Notes under the pieces: generated by a model
Told to the model about the DNA's origin: nothing
Database searches by the model: none
The model's input: only the letters and a program-made list of their open reading frames with translations
Assembly (NCBI GenBank): GCA_038087875.1
Contig: CM075982.1
Coordinates: 20,832,001 to 20,896,000 of the forward strand
Direction: 5' to 3'
Source of the DNA: Malacoraja senta
Lineage: Eukaryota
Length of the DNA stretch: 64,000 nucleotides
Shown: positions 24,091 to 38,400 of the stretch, in pieces
How the letters are laid out: each line of letters starts with the position of its first letter
How positions within the stretch are numbered: the stretch's first letter is position 1
Translations under genes and position numbers: made by a program

Positions 24091-25234
24091 TCTTCGGTAA
24101 AGGGGACAGAGTGAAGAATGAGAGGGGCAGTGATGGATGGGCAGTACGGTGGGTTGGGAGTCAGGCTGACACTGAGACATGAGAGGTGTGGAGGATTGGT
24201 TTGTAGAAGAGGGCTGTGAAGGAGGGAATGAACAGCAGAAACTGTATTGTTAGGACAGGAAGTGAGGGATGATAGAGGCAGGTGGGGGCAGAAACAGTGG
24301 GGTCAGGAGGGACAGTGGCAAGTTGCAATTGTTGGTTGTCAACAGACAGTGGGGAACAGCTGCTGGGGGGGGTAAGAGGGCAATGGGAAAAGGTAACGAG
24401 GGAGTGAAAAGGGCAGGGAGAGGAGGCCGGGCACTGGCGGATATCAGGCATGAAGACGACAAATTGGGTTGCAAGAACTACTACACATATGTAAATGGAA
24501 AAAGACTGGCATGGGTGAATGTGGTCCCCAATAGGGACAGATGAGTAAATAAGGAACTGCAGAGGAATTATACAAATACTTTGTTGAGTCAAGTCAAGTC
24601 AGATTTGATCGTCATGTGTCCCAGATAGGACAATGAAATTCTTGCTATCATTGTCCTATCTGGGAAACATGACAATAAAATACTTTGTTCAGTAAACATA
24701 GGAAATGCCACGACTAACCACCGGGTGGCGCCAGCAATGGCTGCCTCGGCAACAGTCTGTCTGTCCTTTCCTTCTTTGTGTTTTAATAGTATGTGTTAAA
24801 CGTATGTTTTTAGTGTTCTTCAGCTTGTTTTATGTCGGGGTAGGGTAGGTGGAGGGGAGGGAATGGAAGGGAAGGGGATGGGGGGGATGTGGGAAACATT
24901 TTCTAATCTCTTACCTCGATGGAGATGCGATTTTTTTCCCCGTATCATATCTCCGTCCGCACTGCGGCCTAACATCGAGGAGTTGGCGGCCTTTGCTGGA
25001 GACCAATTTCGAGAGCTCCACTGCGGGTGCTTACGGGACTTTAAGATCGCGGAGCCCGCAATCCCTTTGCCAGGGATCGACCTCGGAGCTCCAACCGTGG
25101 GTGCCTGCGGACTTCAACATCACGGAGCCCGCGGTCTCTGGTGAGAGACCAACTTCGGGAACTCCAAGCCGCGTGAGTTTCGATCGCCCCGACACAGGAA
25201 CTTTGATCGCTGCGACAGTGGCTCGACTGACAAT

Positions 25235-25635
25235 AGACAATAGGCCATTCGGCCCTTCGAGCCAGCACCGCCATTCACTGTGATCATGGCTGATCATCCA
25301 CATTCTGTACCCCATTCCTGCCTTCTCACCATATCTCCTGACTCCACTATCTTTAAGAGTTCTATCTAACTCTCTCTTGAAAGCATCCAGAGAATTGGCT
25401 TCCATTACCTTCTGAGGCTGAGAATTCCACAGATTCACAACTCTCTGGGTGAAAAAGTTTTTCCTCATCTCCAGTCTAAATGGCCTACCCCTTATTCTTA
25501 CACTGGTTCCTGGTTCTGGACTCCCCCAACATCAGCAACATATTTCCTGCCTCTAGCGTGTCCAATCCCTTAATAATCTTATATGTTTCAATAAGATCTC
25601 CTCTCATCCTTCTAAATTCCGGAGTATACAAGCAT
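25235..25635 (-). mobile_element. CR1 LINE 3' end
   Basis: RMRGDLIETYKIIKG and MRKNFFTQRVVNLWNS. Confidence 0.8.
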
Positions 25636-26069
25636 ATCAACATATGACTGCCCCGACTGCGGGAGAATAGAGGAAGAAGCTGGTCTGTTTTGCCTTCCAT
25701 CACAGTGAGGAATGTGGGGAATCCGCTGTGGTGGATGTTTATGTTAACTTTTATGTAGTTGTGTGTCTTGTTGCTTTTCTTTCGTATGGCTGTATGATAA
25801 TTCGCATATTACTGTACTAATAAAAGACATTTGAAACCTTTGAATACTCAACAAATCAGGCAGCATCTGTGGAGAGGGAGGAAATCTGTAAAACATTCAC
25901 ATCAAGGCAGTCTGCTGCACCATGACAGGGTCCTGCTGCACCATGACAGGGTCCCAGACAGCTGGGCTTTGACCCCAGGCCCGGACAGATCTCAAGGCCC
26001 GGCACGGAATTTGTAAAATTCCACTGACAGATTCGCCGCCCTCGGTCCGATTTCGATGTTAAATCTCAC

Positions 26070-26200
26070 CTGAGCGAATGGAAACGGCCACGACCTGAGG
26101 TAATTCCGCAACGAGCTCTGACCTTGCTCTTACTTCAGACTCAGGCTTCAAGCCTCACTAGGCCCGTCGGCATGACAACCTGCGCCATCTTGGTTGTGGG
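26070..26200 (-). other. TMEM199: Putative non-coding first exon of TMEM199, containing a 15-aa uORF at 26141..26188
   Basis: Lies in the CpG island head-to-head with POLDIP2 and has a minus-strand donor CAG|GTGAGA at 26070/26069. The first coding exon has a splice acceptor just before its ATG, which implies an upstream exon. Confidence 0.6.
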
Positions 26201-26291
26201 CAGCGCGGGTAGGCGTTGGGGTAACTGAGAGAGCCGGTTCCGGCCTGGTCCCGCGGCGCAGCACGGCGCACAAGCCCCGCCCCGCACTGTC

Positions 26292-26425
26292 ATGGCGGCT
26301 CCGGCCCTAGGCTTCTGCGTGTCGGCCTTGGCCAGGCACTCCGTCGCCGCACTTCGGGCTATCGCCGTGTGCCGCGCCTGCAGCATTGGCCAGCGCCATC
26401 AGCAAGTCCGGCTCCTATCATCCAG
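26292..26425 (+). CDS. POLDIP2: POLDIP2 exon 1 (mitochondrial presequence-like)
   Basis: gtcATGGCG start context; Arg/Ala-rich with no acidic residues, ending ...RLLSS; donor AG|GTAAGG. Confidence 0.9.
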
Positions 26426-29400
26426 GTAAGGCCCCGGTTCGGCGCTAGCGCAAGCCTCGGGTTCGGCCAGAAAGAAGTCCGATAACAGGCTGTGCAAGTG
26501 CGGAACAGTTTGCGGGAATTAATCGTGTTTCACCGCTCATCCAATGTCCGCTTTCTCCTCTCGCCCCCCACCCGGGTACCGTCCCGGCCCGGCACGGTGA
26601 ACCCCACGCCGGGTACCGTCCCCGCCCGGTGACTCCCACCCCGGGCACGGTCCCGGCCCGGTGTCTCCCACAGCGAGCACCGTTCAGGCCCAGTGCCCCA
26701 CACTCCGGGCATGCTTCTGGCTCTGTGTCCCCCGCCCTGGGCACAGTCCCGGCCCGGTGCCCCCTCACTGAACATGGCCTTGGCCTGGCGCCCCTTTCCT
26801 GGACACAAACTCCCCTCCCACCCTTCCATCACTCCTTCAGTCCTAGCTCACTCCCCATGCCTCCCCCATTCAATCTGTGCTCCCTTTACACAACTGATGG
26901 TACTCCTCCATCCATCCTACTCTGCCAGACTGTCCACCTGATCTTCCAGCTGCCCACCCCACTACCGGGTCCCGCTCCTCACTTGTGTAAAATGACCAAC
27001 TTTATCCTCCTTTCTCGCCACCCACTCGCACTATCTCACTTGTCCCTGCTTCTTTTTCCTTCCCTTTACCTTACATCCCCACACCCAGCTGTTTCTCTCT
27101 GACAGCTGCACTGCCCCCTCCACCCCCATTGAATTCAGTCTGGTCTACAATGGTTATAGAAACATAGAAACATAGAAATTAGGTGCAGGAGTAGGCCATT
27201 CGGCCCTTCGAGCCTGCACCGCCATTCAATATGATCATGGCTGATCATCCAACTCAGTATCCCGTACCTGCCTTCTCTCCATACCCTCTGATCCCTTTAG
27301 CCACAAGGGCCACATCTAGCTCCCTCTTAAATATAGCCAATGAACTGGCCTCGACTACCCTCTGTGGCAGAGAGTTCCAGAGATTCACCACTCTCTGTGT
27401 GAAAAAAGTTCTTCTCATCTCGGTTTTAAAGGATTTCCCCCTTATCCTTAAGCTGTGACCCCTTGTCCTGGACTTCCCCAACATCGGGAGCAATCTTCCT
27501 GCATCTAGCCTGTCCAACCCCTTAAGAATTTTGTAAGTTTCTATAAGATCCCCTCTCAATCTCCTAAATTCTAGAGAGTATAAACCAAGTCTATCCAGTC
27601 TTTCTTCATAAGACAGTCCTGACATCCCAGGAATCAGTCTGGTGAACCTTCTCTGCACTCCCTCTATGGCAATAATGTCCTTCCTCAGATTTGGAGACCA
27701 AAACTGTACGCAATACTCCAGGTGTGGTCTCACCAAGACCCTGTCCAACTGCAGTAGAACCTCCCTGCTCCTATACTCAAATCCTTTTGCTATGAAAGCT
27801 AACATACCATTCGCTTTCTTCACTGCCTGCTGTACCTGCATGCCTACTTTCAATGACTGGTGTACCATGACACCCAGGTCTCGCTGCATCTCCCCTTTTC
27901 CTAGTCGGCCACCATTTAGAAAATAGTCTGCTTTCCTGTTTTTGCCACCAAAATGGATAACCTCACATTTATCCACATTATACTGCATCTGCCAAACATT
28001 TGCCCACTCACCCAGCCTATCCAAGTCACCTTGCAGTCTCCTAGCATCCCCCTCACAGCTAACACTGCCCCCCATCTCTGTCTCCCCAGAAATCGCCCTG
28101 AAGGCAAAGTGTTGGAGACGGTTGGAGTGTTTGAGGCACCTAAACAGCAGGGGAAATACGAAACAGGACAGGTAAGAGATCGCTGCTTGGACCTGAAAAC
28201 TGGAATACCAGAGGTGTCTTTAAATATCCCTCAAGAATTCCTTTCAGGAATCAACCATTCTCTGTCTGAAGACAAATTCATCAGCACCTTGATTTAAATG
28301 ACTACTCCCTAATCTTGAAACTATACCCCTTGTTCAAGATTCTCTCCCGGCTAGAAACATCTCATCAATGCTGCTGTGCCTCTCTGTCCCCACACCTAAT
28401 CTTATGTTTCAATAAGATCGCCCTTGATTCTTCTAAACGCCAAAGAATATGTATCTGATTTGTAAAGCCATGTGAAAGGTCAACTCTCGTATCCCTGGAA
28501 TTAACATATTGAATCTCTTTCGGACTGCCTCCAATGTCAATATATAATTTCCAAAAGGGGACAAAAACTGAGCGACGTACTTGACTAACCAGACAAATGT
28601 CCTGTTCAATTGTAACAAGTCTCCCTTTTCTAAGATCAATCCTCTTACAGTAAAAGCTAATATGCAGGTTGCTTTCCTAATCACCTATGAGGTAGAATGG
28701 CTATAGAGTTGCTGACACAGTGCCAGAGACCTGGGTTCGTCCTAATTACATGTGCTGTGTGCAGAGTTTGTACATTCTCCCTGTGACTGTGGGTTTTAGT
28801 TTAGTTTAGAAATACAGTGTGAAAACTGGCCTTTCGGCCCATTGAATCTATACCGACCAGCGATCCCTGCACACTAACACTCTCCTTCACACACTAGGGA
28901 CAATTTACAATTATACAAAGCCAATTAGCCTACAAACATGTACATCTTTGGAGTGTGGGAGGAAACTGGAGATCCCGGAGAAAACGAACACGGGTCAGGA
29001 GGATAACGTACAAACTCCGTACAGACAGCCCCAGTATTCGGGATCGAACCTGGGTCTCTCGTGCTGTAAGGCAGCAACTCTACAGCTGCAACACCGTGCA
29101 ACCGTTTCTCGGGGTGTTCCAGTCTCCTCCCACATTCGAAAGATGTGCAGGTTTGAAGGTTAATTGGCTTCTGTAAATTCCCCTGAGTGTGTAGGATGCG
29201 AAAGTGAAATAACATAGAACTTGGATGCCCAATGGTCAGCATGGACTCTGTGGGACGAAAGGCCTGTTTCCATGCTGTATTTCTAAACTAAACTCAAAAG
29301 CTTCCCGTTGTCCTGATTACTACTTATTCAATATGCTAAATAGCTTTGGATTGAATAATTCTGGAGCAAACCCTGGGCGGGCTGCAACAATGGAAGTGCC

Positions 29401-32400
29401 TGCAGTGTCAGAGTGCTAGCTCGGAAACCCGGTAACTCATAAATCTTGAGCAAAATAAAATGTGCTGCAGATACTCAGTAGGTCAGGCAATATCTGGGGT
29501 GGGAATGGACAGCTGGCATTTTGGGTCATGATTCATCAGACACGATGATCTTCTCATGTGCTTTGTCTGCAGCTATTTCTGCACAGTGTGTTTGGATACC
29601 GAGGAATTGTCCTGTTCCCTTGGCATGCCAGGCTCTACGATCGTGATGTGGCTTCATCCAGCCCTGACAGGTACAAGTGATTGTTTGCAAGCCACTCACT
29701 GCTCCTGCTAATTTCCTGTGGTGCTTATGAAGGTAGAATATTGAAGTTAGTGGGGAACATGTTTTGGTTACGTGAGGCGCATAGGTTGAAATTGCAGCGT
29801 TGCAATCGAGGGAAGCACAATGTGCACATTTCCCTTGGGAAGGGATGCAGTGTGAACATGTGCTAACCCGCGTTTGATCCTGACCTCGGGTTCTGTCTAT
29901 ACAGATTTTGCTTATTCTCCCTGTGACCGTCTGAGATTCTTCCCAGTGCTCTGTTTCCACCCACATCCCAATGATGTGTGGGTAGCTTAGTTGGCTATTG
30001 TAGAATACCACTTATTGTAATAAGATAGCAAAAGCATTGAAGGGGAGTTGCTGAGGATGTGAGGGAGAATTCATTGTGATAAATAAGGAGGGTGGGAAAG
30101 GGACTCTTGGGATTGCTGTGCTGGGATGCTTAATTTCAAGTCGTTATAATCAAAGTATAAACAATTACTGTGTATCCTCTTGTAGGTGGCCAGTGTGATC
30201 CAGTGTCTGGAATGGTGTCACTAGGTCCCTGCTGGAACTATACTGTCTGATGGTTGAGTCCTTTCATTGAGTCACACAGCAGACACGAAACCTACGCCCC
30301 ACTGAGTCTGCCAACCCTTAAGCAAAGGGCCATCCACTCTAACTTTACAGTAATTCCAATTTTACTTCCCCACATTCCTATCAGCTTCTCCCTGCAGATT
30401 CTACTGCTTACATAGGGCTATTTATGGCAGCCAATTAACGTACCAACCAATGTCTTTAGCATGTGAGAGGCAATTGTTTATCCTGGGGAACTCACGCGGT
30501 CACGGAGAATGCATAAACTCCATACAGACAGCATTACAAATTGGGATCAAAACTGGGTTGCTGGACTGAGGCCGCACCTCTACTAGCTGCACCATTGTGC
30601 TGCATGATTGGAGTCCAGTTGCCTGCCAGTTGCAGTGAATTTGAAAAGTTGTTTCAGCGACTTCAAGGAGCATATTTCTCTTTATCTTTGCCTTGTTTAT
30701 TAAATCAAAATGCTTTTAGTTTTTCCCAGTCTCGACCAAGGGCTGTGGAGTTGTTTGCTGCATCTCTGTGGTGTGAATATGGTACTTGGAATTTAGTACA
30801 GACAATGGCAGTGTTACTGAGGTGGGTGAGTGGGGATGTGTTCCTAGAAAGGTCCAGATCGCAAATTTCATAGCCTGAAGCCGTCACTTGCACATGTGGC
30901 CAGAAACACGTTGGAAAACAAAAATTGCTACTTTGTTTACTTTTCCCCCCACAAATTCAATGAATTTTATTCCATGTCAAACGTATATGGGTGGTGATTG
31001 GTGAATTTCCGTTACTCAATTAACGCAGGGGTTACCTGTAGTCCTTAATTAAAATGGAAAGTGCTGACAATCCACAGTTAGTCACATTATTTAAGCGACT
31101 TTGAGTCCTGAAAAAGGCGCTATATAAAAAAAAATAAAAAAAAAAATCTATTATTATTATTATCTGTGGAGAGAGAAAGAGTTAATGCTTTAGATCAATT
31201 ACTTCATCTAAACTTCAGAATTCTGGCATTTGCTATTTTTATTTCAGATTTCCACCATCTTTTTTATTAAACATACATCACTGGGTGCAGTCAATGAATT
31301 AATAAACACTTTTTTTTCTCTCTTGCTCACAGTAAACCAGAAACTTCAGGCACTCAAGGTTCCAAAGAGGTGAAAGGCAAAACACACACCTACTACCAAG
31401 TGCTGATTGACACCAGGGACTGCCCTCATATAGTAAGTGTGAGTAATGCACGGATGGGATTGTGCTTCTGGCTGGCATTTCTTGGCCACTTGTGTAAAAC
31501 ATTTTGCCTCCGATCAATGCTGTGGATTTGCACAAAGCTTCTAGAATGATTTAAGTGGGAGAAAGGTCCACTGGTGATCTCTGGGCTTCACCTGTATTTA
31601 ATGGAGCAGAACTATGTAGTTACAAAACCATTTCTTGAATATGGTGTGTTGATTAGTTTCAAAGTGGATGAAGGGACTGAGACAAACTATCCACAAGGAT
31701 CCAAATAGCCTCCCAACTTAAACGGCCCATTTATTCTGATTTTGTTTTCTGTCCAATAACCAATCTGCACCTATATCACATGCTGTAATATTGTTTAATA
31801 ATCGCTTGTTGGGTATCTTATTGAAGGCATTCTTCTACATCATATCAACTGGTCTATCTTTGTCTTTACTGCCAGGTTTATCAAGCTTTCTCTTTCAGAA
31901 ATTCACTTTCAGATTTCTCTTTCCGAAATTCATGTTGACTCTGGCCATTCCCGTTATTCTCATTGTGTCTTCCACTTCCCTAATAAGATTCCATCAATTT
32001 CCCCACTACTAATGTCAGCCCAACCGATCTATGGTTTGGCTTACTCCTCTTACCCACCTGCTTCTGGCTTCTAACACCAACAATCCTCCTCCCACACCTG
32101 GGCCCATCATCCTTCACAACTTTCAGTTCATCTATCACCTCCTGGCCTCTTTTTTTCCTTTATACTGGCTATCTTCCCTCTCCACTCTCAGACTTGACGC
32201 AGGGTCTCAACCTAAAGCATCAACGATTCCTTTCCCCCCCACGGATGCTGCTCGATCAGCTTAGTTCCTCCAGCAGCTTGTGTTTTGTTCTATGGAATTT
32301 TAGAAGATGCCAGCCACTTATTTCAACCCCCTAGGATACAGGGTATCAGGTACCAGCGATTAATTGGCTTTGGTAATTACTTCAGTGCTAACTGTCTCAC

Positions 32401-35400
32401 TGTGCTAACATCTCTGAGTTCCTCATTCATGCTCGCCTGTTCACTGTTATTTCCAGGAAGTTTCCTCTCCTCCGAAGATAGGCACAAAATATATGTTAAT
32501 TTTTCTGCCATTTCTTTATTGCTTGTTTCTCCTCTGTTGGAATCTGAATTTAGCCCAGTCTTTGGGGTTATGCCCAATAGAAACACTCCCATCTCAGTCT
32601 TAAGTGTTTCGCATTAACTTTTGTAATCTTTTCCCTATTACTTGTACGTAGAAATTCATACAGTCTGGATTTTATCTTTATCATTAGCATAGTCTTATAC
32701 TTTCCATTTAACTTAGTACAGTCCTTTATCCTGATAGTCACAGCTGGACCACTTCTCTTGCAGGGGTTTTGTGGTTTAAATCTTGCAAACAAGTATCAAT
32801 TCTGTAGAAGTTGACCATTGCTTGTTTGCTGTCATGCCTTTTAATGTAGCTTCCCAACTTTTATTCTTGTATGTAACTGTAGCGTTTCTGTTTCAGTCAC
32901 AGCGGTCACAGACAGAGGCCGTGACTTTCCTTGCTAACCATGATGACAGCAGAGCCCTTTATGCTATTCCAGGTAAACGGTTTGATTGCTGCGTTCTTTG
33001 TTAGTTGACGTCAGCCAGTCAGTCAAGATTCTGTGATTGGTTGAAATACCCAGGGTACTGAAAGGGTGGGGGAATTATAAAGGTGGACCATGTGTGCATA
33101 TGTACATTATGTGAGGAGAGTATTGTGTTGGTTGTGAGTTGTCTTCAAGTTGAAAGCCCTGGCAATGCATGCTGTCCAGGCCATTATTGAGTCCTGGTGG
33201 TGAGCAGCACCCATGAAACACCATTCAGTGTTTGTTGGAGTTGGTTGTTTGAGCCCCAGGATATTGTTGTGGGATTACTTCAGGGCAGAGTCCGCAGCCC
33301 AGCCACCTCCAGCTGCTTTATCAGTATCTTTCCATCTCAAGGTCAAAAGTGAGGATGATGGTTGTTGTTCCATTCATTTCCACTTAGAATTGAAAGAATA
33401 CATGCTTACATGCAACTCGACATGAAGAGCCATCATCAAGGGTTACATCAAGAACAAGTAGCATTAGTTCAACATCTAAAAATTTATGGGGAGTAACCGT
33501 TTAATGCTGTATCGGCAGGTGTTTATTCTGTGGTGCATTACTCCCTCATAACTCCTCAGAGCCTCAGCCCTCCTACTTCAGGCGTGCAATTGAATACTTC
33601 ATTGAGTAGTCAGAAATTTACAGCAAAGGTGGCCATCTTGACTGTAATGTTTGGAAAGAATTATCCACCCTAATCTTCCCACCCAACAAGTCCATATGGA
33701 AATTGCATGAGTATACAAGTATTTAAATGTGATGAGGGTTTACACCTCCCTCACCCTTTCAGTCGGTGTATTCCAGATCCCCTAACCTTGTCTCCCTTCT
33801 AATCCTTTCACTAATTACTTTAAATCTGGGGCTATGCAGCTTCCAAATGGCGCCCAACCCAGGCAACTATTTGTGTGCTAGTCACAGAAGCTGATCTGTA
33901 TTCACACATTATAATCTCTCCACGCTTTTAAATCTCTACTCCTACAGCAAGATTTCTCACTTTAACTATGCCCTTATCATGTATCTACACACGGTGAATG
34001 GCTCGATTGTAATTATGTATTGTCTTTCTGCTGACTGGTTTTCACTTTAACAAAAGCTTTTCACTGTACCTCGGTACACGTGACAAAAACTAAACTGAAC
34101 TGATACCTGTGCTGCACAATGAATATTCTGTTCTATTTGTAGGCTGAAGGGCATGTTCTGTATTGTTGTATGTCATATCTGTGTTGTCACTCCAGTTTTT
34201 GATTCTTCTGCTAATGGAAGTGGGGTTTTCTCTGTATAGATCCTTCATAATGTTGTGTTCCTCAGCTGAATCTTCCTTCACCACCTTCTGCTCCAAAGAC
34301 TATAACCCCAAATCTAGATAATCTACCCACCCAGCCACAATTATTCCAATCCCTGCAAATTTTTTTAACTTCCTCTGCACCTCTTGAACTGCATTTATAT
34401 CTCAATTCTAATGTGGTGACCACAGTTTGAGCTGGTATTGTGTACATTGTATTATGTATACTTGTTGCGTGGTCTCCTAGCTCCTATAGTCTGTGCCTCG
34501 TCCAAATCATTTTCGTGCTTTTTTTGGCAAATGAGATTAATTCAGGAAGGCACCTTACTCAGCATGGACAAGTTGGATTTAACGACCTGGTTCCATGCTA
34601 CGTAACTCTGACTTTCTGTCCTCTTTTAAACCGTTTTTCTGGCCAAGCATTTGTTCACTTCCTTTCCTGCTTTGGCATTAACTTTTTGGAATTATCTTGA
34701 GGTAAGTTACAACATAAAGATACCGCATAATTTGTTACTGAGGGAAGATTGGCAATTGAACTGGTGAGTGCAAAATTTCTGGTTTGTGAGTATATTTATG
34801 TGGCAGTTGGGTGATTCTGCCCGGAGCTATGGAATCCATTTCCCCGACAACTGAGTGCAATATCGCTTGCTGTTAGATCTTTTTTTGATATGATTGTTTG
34901 CCTTGTCTTAGGTTTGGACTACGTGAGCCATGAAGATATCCTGCCTTACAGTTCATCAGACAGGAGTCCTATCCAGCATGAGCTGTTTGATAGATTTCTC
35001 TCGTATGACTCAGCAAAAGGTTTGTTATAGTTTGTGCTGTGTGCAGATTTACAATGTTATCTTCTAGTTTGAAGCTGCATGTTTCTTATGTTTTCATGAT
35101 GACTGAGTTTTATTTGTACTCACCATGTGATACTGTGAGCAAAGGATTGAAGAAAGTAAGAGCTGTATAATGAGTGATTGATTGATAGTTTATGGTAGAC
35201 AAAAATGCTGGAGAAACTCAGCGGGTGAGGCAGCATCTATGGAGCGAAGGAAATAGGCAACGTTTCGGGTCGAGACCCTTCTTCAGACTTCAGATGATTG
35301 ATAGTTTATTATCGCATGTGACATGCCGCGGTGAAATTGTTTATTTTGCATACCATACACAAAATATGCAAAGAGTTGCCATGAAAAGGATGCCAACAAA

Positions 35401-38400
35401 GTAGTCCCCAATAGTCCCTCTTTGTTCTCTCAGCAGCCTCCCTACCCTAAGTCCCTCTTTGTTCTTGGTGGTGTGTCCTCGACCCACCTCCGGCACCCAC
35501 TGCCGGCACGTTAACTGACAGCCGGCCCACCTGACCTCCGGCACAAAATGGAAGAGGAGCAAAGTGTAATTGATCCATTTCTGCTCGGTTCAAGCTTCGG
35601 CACCACAGCCCACACACATGCCATCCAAACTATGAACGATTTATTCAGATGTATGTTTTTGGGATGTGTGTAAACCTTGGAATCGTCACCCAGATGAATT
35701 TAACTATAGCCTGTACTGGTGAGAAGGCATTGGATTTGTTCTTGGGTAAGCTCCAATCACAGATGCTCCCCAAAGCAACAGCAGTGTGAGCTAGTGGGAT
35801 AAAAACAGACCAGGGCACTATTAGTTGCTTTTACGATGTTGTAGGTGTGGATAGGGCTTTGCTGTGATGTTTCCTAAAGCCAAGTAGCCTTGAATTGCTG
35901 GTTAAGGTTTTTGTGAAGGAGGTACTTGTGTGAAGGACAGGAGGTTGTTGCACATGTGAAGCTCTGCTCTGGGGAACGCAGTTCTTACAGAGCACAAGAG
36001 GTAGGACATCAAATTTTACAACTCTGCAAGATATTGGTGACTCTACATTGGGAGTACTCGATGTGTAGTCGGGGTCACCTAGTTATAGGAAGAATATCAT
36101 AAGTTGGAACGGATACAGAAAAGATTCACAAGTTGTTACCGGGACTGGTGGGGGGGGGGTTGAGTTATAAGAAGAGATTGGTTATGCTGATGGGTTTTTT
36201 TTCTGGAGCATAGGATGCTGATGGGTTACCTTATAGAAGTATGTGAAAACACGAGGGGCATAAATAAGGTGAATGGTTAATCTTTAGGTCTAGGTTTAAG
36301 TTGAGAGAGGAAAAATTTAATTGGAACTTGAGCAGCAATTTTTTCCACAGTATGCTCAGGGCATGGAACAAGCTGCCAGAGGAAGTGATTGAGACATGTA
36401 CTATTACAACAGTTAAAATACATTTTGGGCAGGTACATGGGTGAAAAGGTCTAAAGTGATATGGGCCAAACGGGATGAGCTCAGGAAAGCAACTTGATGA
36501 GTTGGGTGGAAGGGCCTGTTTCTGTGTTATATAATTCTATGCCTCTGACTCTATAGGATCAATGGTGAGAAAGCTAGCAAAAGCTGAACCTTCTGGCTGA
36601 AATGGTATTGATCGCTTCTTTTTGCAGTTAGTCTGTCCTGATGAAGTAGATCTATGATTAAAACACTGCATTGTTTCATCCCCTAGCTTTGCCTTTTGTA
36701 GCCAGAGACACTTTGCGTGCTTGGCAGGAGAAGAACCATCCCTGGTTAGAACTGTCTGATGTGCACCGGGAAACAACTGAGAATATTCGGGTCACAGTCA
36801 TACCCTTCTACATGGGGATGCGGGTAAGGGTGATGTGTGATGTTTACTTAAGCCGGCACATACAAAGTTTGGTGAAACCGGTTCTTTAATTTTGCAGTTT
36901 ATGCTTTGCTATAGCTCCAGTACATGGTTTTGATGTAAATTTTGTCCCTGGAAGTGTGAGCTAGGGACTTCACTGTAATTGTAACATTGACTGTAATATT
37001 GGTCTGTGTTTTTGTTCACTGCCTGTGAATGACTGCTCAGTTATTCTGAAATCAGGATGGTATTGAATAGAAGACCCATCATACCAGCTCTTTTTATAGC
37101 TTTTCTCACTTTGCCAATTGAATGTCGATGTGGAAATATTTTAAATGCAGAATATCTGATTGTAGTATTTTGCTGGTTGCATTTTCCCAGTAAATTTGAG
37201 ATTGAACATTTCTTCCATTGAAAGAGATGAGGGTGGATGAGGCCAGCAGGACCACTGGCTTCTCTCTTGCCCTGGGACTGTCGGTAGTGTGAATGGGGAA
37301 CTTCCCGTCTATTTACTAAGGAGTTGGATTGGGTGAACTGAACTATGGAGGAGGGTTGGCTGTATGTTTACTTCAAAATAAAAATGGTGAAAATGTTTTC
37401 TCTGACTTGGTGGCCTGGCCTTCATCCACCTCTACCTCCACCTGCTTTCACAGATGAGTTAAAAACTTTGTAAGGAGTGTTACTAAATTGTAACAGGGCC
37501 TGGATAAGTGTTTCAAATGTTCTTTGAGTGTGAGGTGAAGCATGAAATGGGGCTGGTTGTCAGGGTGAAAGGCATTATTCCTGGTCAGGGCTACCTGAAT
37601 AAAAGTTACAAACTGGCTTTAAACATTTTTCATTCATTTTCTGATGTTTGATTTCATTGCAGGAAGCACAGAATTCGCATGTGTACTGGGTAAGTATTGC
37701 TCAGTTTTCACTTGATTTCTCGGATTAATATGTGTGTTACTGATCACATGATAGGGATTCTATTCACATGCCAAATGCTGCAAACACGGCCATAGTAAGA
37801 AATAGAAATGAAACCGTACTATCTGATGGGTGGGGAGGAACTGGGGGGAGAAAAGATTAAAGGGGGATAGTTAGTCTGAGTAAGAGTAGTGGAAGAGAGA
37901 GGTTTTCTGGTTGGAAGAGGGTGAGGGATTTGACTGAGGAGAGGTTTTGGCGCTGGGTGGGGGGTCTGATATGGATTAGAGTCAAGGGAAGGATTGTTGG
38001 AGGTCCAGGTGTTAAGAGCACATTCAACATTCAATTGTAAAATGGTCTTGATCCACATTGCTGGCATTTGACATTGCCGCTTTGCCGTCACCTGGCCTGG
38101 GTCTAATCTTTCGTACTTTGGTGAATCCAGCAATTCAATGTCCTGATACCATGACTGGCACTATCCTGTAGATTGCTGAATTGCTACATTGGTCCTATAC
38201 GTTAGGGAGATCTGATCCTGCACTATGCGGGAGCCTTGTGCAAATTCCTGCCCTGTGCTGATGCTCCTGTCGGTATTAGTTTATTGTCATGTAAACTGAG
38301 ATACGGTGAAAAACTTTGTTTTGTGAGCTATCCAATTAAATCATATCGTACCCAAGTACAATCAAACTATACACGTACAATAGGTAGTGCAAGGAGAAGA

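Larger units (their letters stand above)
26020..26760. promoter_or_regulatory. CpG island / bidirectional promoter for TMEM199 and POLDIP2
   Basis: High CpG density, YY1 motif GCGCCATCTT (~26182-26191), ETS/GABP-like TTCCGG (~26237) and GC box CCCCGCCC (~26275), between divergent genes. Confidence 0.75.

Noticed and set aside
26141-26188. MAQVVMPTGLVRLEA as the TMEM199 N-terminus
   Set aside because: An in-frame stop precedes the donor, and the TMEM199-homologous N-terminus is at 22060.
27254-28075. 273-aa ORF as a host gene
   Set aside because: It is the C-terminal part of CR1 ORF2 in a truncated LINE.
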